NCBI GenBank assembly: GCA_964016885.1 | Contig: OZ024742.1 | Span: forward strand, 296,422,001-296,486,000 | DNA: 64,000 nucleotides | Source: Eledone cirrhosa | Taxonomy: Eukaryota | Direction of reading: 5' to 3' | In this document: in pieces, positions 1-9,806 of the stretch | Position numbering within the stretch: position 1 is the first letter of the stretch | Layout: every line of letters begins with the position of its first letter | Program-made: the position numbers and the translations under genes | The notes under the pieces: generated by a model | What the model saw: the letters and a program-made list of their open reading frames with translations, nothing else | The model's database searches: none | What the model was told of the DNA's origin: nothing

Positions 1-255
1 GGCCTAAACACCTTTATAGAAAGCTTTTGAGTCTTTCTTGTTTGTTGCTTCCTTGAGTTCAGCAGCTTTAGATGAACACCTAGATGCCTTCATTCTCATG
101 ACGGTAGATTGCACCTGATTTGGGGCATTCTTTGTATTCATGCTTTTTGATATTGAGGTTTTTATCATTGATCTAGGTCATGTGTGAATTATGCATCTTT
201 TTGGTAAGCTGTTTAACATCAGCATTATTATCCTGACAGCACTTATATTATTATC

Positions 256-1512
256 CTGACCTCGCACTTATAGCTGAATCTATGGTAGAACTAGAGAAGA
301 AATTCCAAACTTGGAAGCAGGAACTAGAAAGAAAGAGTCTCAAAGTCAACCTGACAAAGACTAAGGTCCTTGTAAGTAGACTAGAAAACAAAACCCAGAT
401 CCCCTCAGGGAAATGGCCATGCTCAGTATGTAGGAAAGGTGTAGGTAGGAACTCCACTCTCTGCCCCAAATGAAAACAATTGGTACACAAGAGATGTAGT
501 GGGATCTCAGGAAGCTTAATTAAGAATGTAGGCTTCACATGTAGCAGCTGTGCTGGAAAAGAAAGCAGCAAACAGCCACAGGAAACAAGTACCACCAATC
601 TCTGGGAGGGCTCTATAGAAACAGTAGACAGCTTCTGCTACCTAGGTGACCGAATTAGCAGCGGAGATGGATGTTCAGAAAGTACAATAACTAAGGTAAG
701 AATGGAAGAAGTTCAGGGAACTACTGCCACTGCTAGCTGCAAAAGGCTTTTCCCTCAAAATGAAAGGCAGACTGTATGATGCGTATATACGAACAGCAAT
801 GTTACATAGTAGTGAGACCTGGGCACTGAAGGTGGAAGACTTACGTAGATTAGAAAGAAACGAAGCCTGCATGCTCCGATGGATGTGTAATAGTAATATA
901 CGCGAACGGCAAAGCATAAATGAATTGAGAGAGAGACTGAGCATAAGAGGAATCAAATGCTGTGTGCAGGAGAGGTGGTTGCATTGGTATGGATATGCGA
1001 TGCGTATGAAGGATGACAGCTGCATAAAAAGGTGCAGAGAAACTAGAAGTCGATGGAAACCACAGAGTGGGGAGACCCAAGAAGACCTGGGATGAGGTGA
1101 TAAAAGCCGACCTTACCCAATTACACCTCTCAAAGGTGATGACACACGACCATGACTGCTGGCGTCACGCAGTAATACAGAGTACCCAACCTCTCATGGG
1201 TACAAGCTGAAACATATAGACAATATGCCCCCACACCCTCCCACTGCAAAGTGGTCATGGAGGTGCCACGGCAAAAAAGCACCCAGCCCACACTATAAAA
1301 TGGACGTGTAGGCGCCACGGAGAAAAGCACCCAGCACTCACTGTAAATGAGGTTGGTGTTAGGAAGGGCATCCAGCTGTAGAAATCAAGCCAAAATCAGT
1401 TCCTGTATGAGCAAGGCATGGTCAGCCGGCCAGACACTGCCCACAACAAGACAACCCGTCTAACCCATGCTAGCATGGAAAAACGGACGTAAAACGGTGA
1501 TGATGATGATGA
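256..1512 (+). mobile_element. 5'-truncated, frameshifted RTE-clade LINE (RT C-terminal half + 3' UTR + (TGA)n tail)
   Basis: Fragments DLALIAES-MVELEKKFQTWKQELERKSLKVNLTKTKV, VDSFCYLGD, LHSSETWAL, RWLHWYGYAMRM and GRPKKTW-like lie across shifted frames. 3' UTR has ggaagggcatccagctgtagaaa, the palindrome ccatgctagcatgg and a tgatgatgat tail. Confidence 0.9.
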
Positions 1513-1640
1513 CAGCAATCCTGATGCTTCTGCACAGGGAAGTCTAATACCTCTAAGAAAGTGGTATAGGTGATGTTTCTGATGGATTTGTAAGATGATT
1601 CACTCTCATCAGTTATCTCCCCTAAATTAATGTTATATTT

Positions 1641-1693
1641 AATAAATAATAATAATAATAATAATGAAATTATTGTGTACAGTGCTCAGGTGC
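1641..1693 (-). mobile_element. ~50-bp 3' terminal stub of the CR1/L2-group LINE
   Basis: (aat)n-gaaattattgtgtacagtgctcaggtgca closely matches the LINE 3' ends at 21147 and 28561. Confidence 0.85.
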
Positions 1694-1988
1694 AGATCAT
1701 GAGATATTATTGCCATTTTCAGTTCTAGGGTGGAATTGTTATATTGGAACATATGGACATTCCATGATCAAAGGTTTAAATCCTTGTTAGATTTTATATT
1801 GTAGTACAGGAAAACCAGACAGCTGCAGTGGGCTGCCAATATAGAAAGCAGAGCTGTATCTAAATAGATCTGCTTTGGCACAATTGCTTGCTCAAAGTTT
1901 TGTACATGAACGGTTGTCACTCAATGATCACCACAGTTCAGAGATCCAGCTAGTGACTGCCAGTAATATGAATTACTTATCGATGTTG

Positions 1989-1992
<4 letters not shown>

Positions 1993-2050
<58 letters not shown>
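1993..2050. repeat. (TA)n microsatellite (other long tracts at 3038-3122, 35285-35348, 35875-35935, 38968-39033)
   Basis: Direct inspection. Confidence 0.98.
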
Positions 2051-2055
<5 letters not shown>

Positions 2056-3035
2056 TACCTAGTTCTTGTATTTGTTTCCAAGAATCTTGATGAGAAATTA
2101 TATGTTGAAACAAATATTGTTATACTTTGAAAGCTTTTGCTCAGGGTTTTAAGTGTTTGGGCAGTTGCAAGGAAATATAGATATTCCCCTGACTGTCCTT
2201 TCTTTGAGCCAGAAGAACATTCAGGATGCGACAGCTGGAAGGGGAGAGGGCTGCACCTGCACAGTAGTTGTGATTTCTTTATTGACATCAATAGGATGAA
2301 AGGCAAAGTGGATGTCAGTAGAATTTAAACTCAGAACAGAGACAAGGTATAAATATTCAATGCTCTAGAGATTCTGCTAAATTGACCACCATACATACAT
2401 ATACATACATGCATACATACACACATACACACATACATACAAACACATGCACACATATACATATGTGTATGTATATATATTAAAGAGCAATTATTTTAAT
2501 AATATTACAGATGAAACGCTAAATGTTTTAATACAGCTGCTATATTTATCAATATGTCAAATTTTAATACATTTTTCATAAGGTTACATGTAGAAAAAAC
2601 ATAACAAAGTAATAAGAAAAAATCAATTGCTTTTACAGTTTGTCAATGTAAAAAAAATATTTATAAAAACCTTATTATAAAGTAATGATTCTATCTTAAA
2701 AAGTCATTTGTTTACTTTTGTTTATAAACATCGGCCATCTTGATTCTATTTTTGATTACTTTTAATATTTGGGGAAAATAATGGTTGCTTAGGTAATATT
2801 TGGAGAATAATAAAGTGCAATTGTCTTTAAATGTTAAAAGGAAGTAAGCTGTATTTTTATTCAATAATTTTTTGTTTTGTTTCGAAAGCCAAATGAAAAT
2901 AAATGATATTTATTTTTTTTTTTTTAATTTGTAAATTTGAACTGTTCATCTGTGAAATGTTTGATTCCTGTAAATGTTGATTTTATAATTTAGTTTAGTA
3001 ACTATAATCATTGAATAATAAATGAAAGATAAATG

Positions 3036-3124
<89 letters not shown>

Positions 3125-3785
3125 TACAGACAAACACAATAACAAACACACAGACACACACAAATATATATATCTAATCATTTTATATATATATAGTGGA
3201 AGAATTTAATGAAAAAGAATTACCTCATATATATTCTCTAATTTCTGGTTTAAGCCTTTTGTGAGAGTGAATTGGTAAAATTGTTAGAGCACTGGATTAA
3301 ATGCTTAAGTATTTCATTTGGCTTTCTGTTCCCTTTCAGGTTGATAAATAAAGTACCAGTCCAGAAGCAATGGGTTCATGTAATTGTTAATCAATCAGAT
3401 AAGATACTTTGTGATATTTGTTCCAGCTCCATGAGTCCTGAGTTCAAATCTGCCCATGTGTCCCCAGAAAATCAGTGATGTTTCTGCCAGCAATTGTGAC
3501 TGATAATTGCTATTTGCATTGGAAAGACCAATGGAAATATAGTTGGTCTGATTTCATGATTGGCTTCTTTTCGTCTCTAGTTACTCATCGGATAAGAAAT
3601 CATGGTGTACATATAAAATGGAAGAAATGTTATGGAAAAAATATATTTTCTGATAAATATCTTCTGATATCTGATTTAACTGTTTCGTTATCATATTTCT
3701 AATGAAAGTCACTGTTTATTTTTCTCAAATGATTTTTAAAATAATCAAGAATTTCGAAGGATTTAGCATTATATTTTTCTCATTA

Positions 3786-5759
3786 CACCGTGTAACAAAA
3801 AAAAACAACATTTTTTTCTGTTCCTGGCTTGTAATCACTTTTTTTTTGTTTTGCTTAGGTCCCAAATAAATAAAAAAGTGCTATTAAACAGTTAAAAGTT
3901 TGGGTTTGTAAAAATTCTAAGCTATTCACTAGAATTATTTGTATGCTGGATTTTACGTTGTATGTAAGTTTAATTTGCCTATTTTAAATGATTTTTTTAT
4001 ATATGTTTCAGGTTAAATTAAAATTATAAAATAAAGAGTAATACCTAAAGAAAATTATAAAAGTGCAATAAAGTATAAAATTGTTAAAAAGTGGATTAAA
4101 GAGATTTATTGATACTGGATTTTCGCACCCTGAATAAAGGGTAAATTGTGTTTTAAGCACAAATTTTCATTAGTATGATTAGTGTTCTTTTATATTATTT
4201 AAATATGTATTTACCTTTACAATATTTATTTTGTATTGCATATCAAATTTATTTTCGAAGACAAGTATTCTGATGAAGAGGAGGAGATGGATGCTGAGGA
4301 CTTGGATTACCTGCCTGAGGTACAATAAAAAGTTCCTCACTTCCCAAACTAAAAAGAAGTCAATGACTTGGTCAGGGATATGGGTCTGACCAAGTCCAAT
4401 GCAGAGCTATTCATCTCCAGGATGAAGCAGTGGAGCTTGGTCAAGGAGGAAGTGCAGGTGACAAGTCAGAGAAGTCGACACAAACCTTTCTCAGGCTTTT
4501 ACACTCTTAGGGATGGGCTCTGCTTCTGCCATGACGTGCCTGGACTGTTTGACGTTATTGGGGTGCCATTTGTGCCCAAGGAGTGGCGGCTATTTATAGT
4601 CAGTTCCACCACAAGTTTGAAGGCTGTCCTCCTCCACAATGGAAACAAGTTCTCGACACTGCCCCTAGCTCATTCAGTCTGCCTGAAGGAAGGTTACTAC
4701 AGTATGAAAGTACTCTTGGAAGCTCTGCAATACAACCAGTACAATTGGGAATCATTGGAGACTTCAAGATGGTGGCTTTCCTGCTTGGACTCCAAGGAGG
4801 CTTCATCAAATTCCAATGCTTCCTCTGCCTTTGGGACAGCAGAACACCTCTGACCACTACAAAAGAAAGAACTGGGAGCAGCGAACAGAATTTGTAGTTG
4901 GGACCCGGAACATCATGTGGGAGCCACTGGTTGATCCCAGAATTGTGCTCATGCCACCACTGCACATTAAGTTGGGGTTAATGAAGCAGTTTGTGAAGGC
5001 TCTCAACCAAGAATCAGCCACTTTTAAGTACCTTCTTGAGTTCTTCCCCAAGTTTTCTGAGGCCAAAATCAAAGGTGGAATTATTGTTGGACCTCAGATA
5101 AAGAAAGTGTTTGAGTCTACCGAGTTCTCCAATATGCTCAATAGGATTGAGAGAACAGCATGGAACTGTTTCAAGGCAGTTGTTAAGGGCTTCCTGGGCA
5201 ACTACAGAGTTGAAAACTACCAGCAACTGGTGCAGGATCTGATAAAGGCTTTTGGCGCCATGGGATGCAGGATGTCGCTTAAACTCCATATGCTGGACGC
5301 TCACCTGGAAAAATTCAAGGACAATATGGACGCCTACTCAGAAGAACAAGGCGAACGATTCCACCAAGATGTGAAAGAGATAGAGTGGAGGTACCAGGGC
5401 CACTACAATGAAAAAATGATGGGGACTATATCTGGGGGCTAGTGCGGGAATGCGACCTGGACTACAACCGCAAATCCAGGAAATCCAGTCATTTCTGATG
5501 TGTATAAGTTGCTTTATAAGTGTTATTTATTTTTACTTGTTTGCTTTTGATAAGCTTGTGTAATAAAATAAATATATACTCTGTTGATTTAATTATATGA
5601 ACTGATAAATTTTAAAAAAATGTGTTTTTTCTTAAAAAATATGAAAATTTCGAAATATCAAACTTCTGATTAAATAATAGTGTTTTTTTTTTTATAATAA
5701 TGGGATATAATAAACCATGAAATGACACTTAGAACTGGGGAACAGAAAATATGTTAGTG
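3786..5759 (+). mobile_element. Chapaev3-type (CMC superfamily) DNA transposon, internally deleted and decayed
   Basis: TTA|CAC at 3783-3788 and GTG|TTA at 5757-5762 give a 3-bp TSD. Imperfect TIRs: aacatttttttctgttcc on the left, ggaacagaaaatatgtt on the right. Internal transposase remnant. Superfamily assignment is from recalled motifs. Confidence 0.8.
4368..5498 (+). pseudogene. Chapaev3-like DDE transposase, frameshifted near 4750, 4850 and 5420
   Basis: Motifs WRLFI(V)SSTTSLKAVLLHNGN, GDFKMVAFLLGLQGGFIKFQCFLCLWDSR, PPLHIKLGLMKQFVKAL, MSLKLHMLDAHL, SEEQGERFHQD. Confidence 0.85.
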
Positions 5760-6847
5760 TTATTTAGCTGATATTTGGAACATAAATGTTCTTACATAAA
5801 ATTATGATGGAATTTTTAGATAAATATAAGCACTTTAAAACAAACATCTTTGTATCACAGAACCAGGGATTGTTTCAGGCAGTTTGGTATTGAATAGGTT
5901 AAGTGTGGTAGGAGAGATTGGATGATGTATTCTTATATACCCCTTAAAAAACAAGATGATCACTGCTTGAATATCATTAATCACAAATCTACTAGATGGT
6001 ATACATATAAAATAGAATGAACTTGATGAAAAAGAAGTATTATGTGATAAATGTTTTTGATTTCTGGTGCAATCTTTTCTCTTGCACACTGTGTCTGATT
6101 TCTCTTATACTCACTTTTACTTTCAACTCATCTGTGCTTTGTCATTCATACACACTAACATTACATGTCTAACAGAGCATGCTAGCCTCATTTCTTTCTA
6201 ACCTTCACAGATCCTCTGCATTTAATGATCAGAAATGTAAGACAGATGCCATTAAGAAGAGCATCCAGCTATAGAAACCATGCCAAATATGGAATACATG
6301 AGCTAGATGAAGTCGCTCTGATCCATCTGGTCTTAAAATGTAACAACAATCCCAACCCATGCCTGTATGGAAAAGAAGATGTAAAATTAGGATGACAATG
6401 ATACTGCCTTTCTACCATGCAGCATTGCACTTCACATGCAGGCACCATGTGATCTACATTTCACTCAGGGACAGAATCTTATTATTGTCAGCAGATGCAT
6501 TTTACTTTTTCCACCCCATTCTTCTCCTGGTTATTATGTTTTTAGAGAACCATCCATTACTTCGACTACTAATTAGCTCACCTAGGTAACAGATATCAAC
6601 GTTTCTTTCTAAAATAATTTATGCATTATAACATCAAATTAATTGCTTATTTAAATTTTTCAGGAAAAATATATTAGGAAATATAATTTACACTCAAAAT
6701 ACATCAGGGAAATAGCAATTACACGAACAAGAAAATATGAAGAAAAGAATGAAGAAAAGAACTAAAACAAAGGAGTAATAAAGTAGAATATTTTAATTTC
6801 TGATGTTTTTTATGGATTTGAAAAGCAAATAAAGAATAAAATAAATA

Positions 6848-7322
6848 ATTGTTTCTACTTTTGGCACAAGGCCAGAAATTACCCAGTACATTACTGGTAT
6901 TTCATTTTATTGACTCCATAAGGATGAGAGGCAAAGTTAACCTCGGCGGAATTTGAACTCAGATCGTAAAGGGACGTTTATAATAAAATAAATAATGATA
7001 ATTGTTTCTACATTTGGCACAAGGCCAGCAATTTGAAGGGAAAGGGAAAGTCGATTAAATCGACCCCACTGCATTACTGGTGCTTTATTTTATCAACTCC
7101 GCAAAGTTGAAAGGCAAAGCTAACCTCAACGGAATTTGAACTTAGAACGTAAAGGGCCGTAACTCTATGCTACACAGCATATTGTGTGGCACCCTACAAA
7201 TTCTGCCAATAGATAATAATGATAATGGTTTCTGATTTAGACACAAGACCAACAACTTTTGTGGGGAGGAAATTTGATTAAATCAACCCCAGTGCATTAC
7301 TGGTATTTTATTTTATCGATCC
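6848..7322 (-). mobile_element. Three head-to-tail copies of a tRNA-derived SINE (family A)
   Basis: Three repeats of ataattgtttcta...cacaaggccag...cattactggt...ttttat(c/t)(g/a)a...; reverse complement of the 9074-9260 copy. Confidence 0.85.
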
Positions 7323-7921
7323 CGTAATCTTTAGAAGTCATCTGAGAAGCCAAGTAGAAAATGTTGTTGTCAGTTATGGTCTCTTTGGCATTTCTTCCTG
7401 TCAGAAGTGTTGAAAACAATGTGCCTTGATGAGTGGACTCCGTCATTTGAAAACACACCAAAACAAAATAAGGAACCAGTGGGAGTAAAGTTCATCCCTA
7501 CAGCATATGCTGAAAGGAATGTAAGCCCTTAACAGGGTTAAATCAGTAATTGCACCTGGTTGATACTTCAAATGCCCCTATTAATTAATTTGATCTGCCC
7601 ATGAAAGTCAAATTTGACCAAAAAAATCAGGTAAAATTATATAATTGTAAATTATTGATATTTAAACATCTACTGACAAAATTTCAAGCCTGTACATAGA
7701 AAATTAAGAAAATTACAAACAAATAAAATAGATAACCCTCTTGAGTACGATTAACTCAAAATAATGATTTATTTATTTATTTATTTATTTAATGCGAACA
7801 GATAAGCATGACGTTTGAAAATTAATGCGAATGCTAAAGGGTTAAAGTGTCACGTTTAAGCCACTTACGTAATAGAAAAGGATCAAGTAATGGCAATTCT
7901 CAAAATTGAGATGTTGTTTTC

Positions 7922-8115
7922 ATGTAAGTATGTATGTTTATATGTATGTATGTTTATTTGTTTACATGTATATATGTTTGTATGTATGTATGTATGTTTA
8001 TATGTATGTATGTATGTATGTCTATATGTATATATATGTTTATATGTATGTTTATATGTTTATATGAATGTATGTATGTTTATATGTAAGTATGGATGTA
8101 TGTATGGATGTATGC
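7922..8115. repeat. Degenerate (TATG)n microsatellite
   Basis: Direct inspection. Confidence 0.9.
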
Positions 8116-8324
8116 ACACACACACCCTCTTCTATACTCCTCTTATATCTTAATCACTCCCCTCCTCACCAGCTAAGTAGCCCACCCTACATACATGTAC
8201 CCCGACTCTCACTTTTCATATCTGATATACCATGCTTGACCAACCCAAGAATACAAGTATGGAAAGCTGAACATGCTCTTCCACAATGCTGCTAAAATGG
8301 CTAAAAGCTCTCAGTCCATCCTAA

Positions 8325-9066
8325 AAGGTGGTCACACTGGTGACACTACAAAAGCCTGTCCATCATGTAAGGTATTTATGTTGGTGTCATAACAAAAGCG
8401 CACCTATCCCCTCTTGCATGGTGGTTATGCTGGTGACATGAAAATAAGCACCCAGTCAACCATGTGAGGTGGTCATGTTGGTGGCATTGCAAATTGCACC
8501 CAACCCACCCTGTAGGGTGCTCATGCCAGTGACATAGCAACAAATGCCCAGCCCATCCTGTAAAGTGGTCATGATGGTGACATGAGAAGAGTACTGAACC
8601 CAACCTGTATCGTCGTCATGTTTTCAACATGACAAAAAGCAGCCAGTTATCACTGTAAAGGGGTTGCTTTGGCAAGAAGACAAAAGAGCCCACTCCACAT
8701 TGTAAAGTGATCATTTTGGTGCCAGAACAAAAAGTGCCCAACCCACCTTGTAAAGTGGTCATTTTGGTGTCACGACAAAAAGCACTCAGTTCACACTGTA
8801 AAATTGTCATGTTGGTGTCACAACAAAAATCACCCAGCCAACAGCAAAAAGCACACTGTAGAGTGGTTGTTTTGGTGCCATGATAAAAAGTACCCAATCT
8901 ACATGGTAAATGTGATTGGCATTAGGAAGGGCATCCAGCTGTAGAAACCAAGCCAGAAACGGTTCTGTATGAGCAAGATACAGTCATCTCATTTGACTTT
9001 TCTCACAATGGGACAATCAGTCTAACCCATGCTAGCATGGAAAAATGGATGTTAAATGATGATGAT
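8325..9066 (+). mobile_element. RTE-type 3' end preceded by ~12 diverged 48-bp units
   Basis: Recurrent gtggtcat..ggtg(c/t)ca..aaaa..gc(a/c)c..ccacactgtaaa units, then ggaagggcatccagctgtagaaa, ccatgctagcatgg and a gatgat tail. Confidence 0.8.
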
Positions 9067-9073
9067 TATATAT

Positions 9074-9260
9074 CGGTGGATTGGCAGTATCGGTAGAGGG
9101 TCGGACGCCATGCTTTCCAGCATAGTTACGTCCCTTTACGATCTGAGTTCAAATCCCGCCGAGGTTGACTTTGCCTTTCATCCTTACGGGGTCGATAAAA
9201 TAAAGTACCAGTAATGCACTGGATAATTGCTGGCCTTGTGCCTAAAGTAGAAACAATTAT
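9074..9260 (+). mobile_element. Apparently full-length tRNA-derived SINE (family A). Other copies at about 2270(-), 3270(+), 11720(-), 32545(-), 37880(-), 50440(-), 53125(-), 56512(+), 59135(-), 63110(+)
   Basis: A-box-like tggcagtatcgg, B-box gagttcaaatccc, conserved core gcctttcatccttacggggtcgataaaataaagtaccag, tail ggccttgtgcctaaagtagaaacaattat. Confidence 0.85.
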
Positions 9261-9305
9261 ATATATATATAAAAGAAATTTCGCTCTACATGGCTGAATA
9301 CAATC

Positions 9306-9806
9306 AATGTAATCTGAGTTTTTCGAATATTAATAACATTTGATTCGTTTGCAATTTTGGAAACAAGCTTCAATTTTATAGCCATGTCAGTAGAATGAAC
9401 ACTTCATTCTTGCTCTTGTGTTGGCATGCGAACAGAGTTGCAGACACTAATGTTTCTGGTTATCACCCTTGATCAATACAGCTCACTGTTCACCTGCCAA
9501 ACTGTCAGAGCTAGTGAAAATATATGCTATTTTCAAAAATACACAGTGACTGATCGGCGTGATTTACATATTAGCAGACTGGCTGATCAGTCAGATCTGC
9601 ATATTAGCAGATCCACTGATCAGCCAGATTTGCATATCAGCAGACTGGCCAGTTAATTTCCTGTATACAAGCAATAAATGGCCGGCTTTGCCAAATTCAA
9701 ATAAAAAAGAAAATTTGCTCTACATGGCTATAAAATTGAGGCTTGTTTGCAAAAATGCAAACGAATCGAATGTTATTATTAATATTCAAAAACCTCAGAT
9801 TACATT
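9306..9806. mobile_element. Foldback/MITE-like element with ~82-bp imperfect inverted repeats and an internal 3 x 33-bp repeat
   Basis: 9306-9387 is the imperfect reverse complement of 9722-9806; (TA)n on both sides. Confidence 0.65.

Noticed and set aside
6660-6780. Possible host terminal exon after tttttcag
   Set aside because: Short frames only, no recognisable protein, A-rich low complexity.
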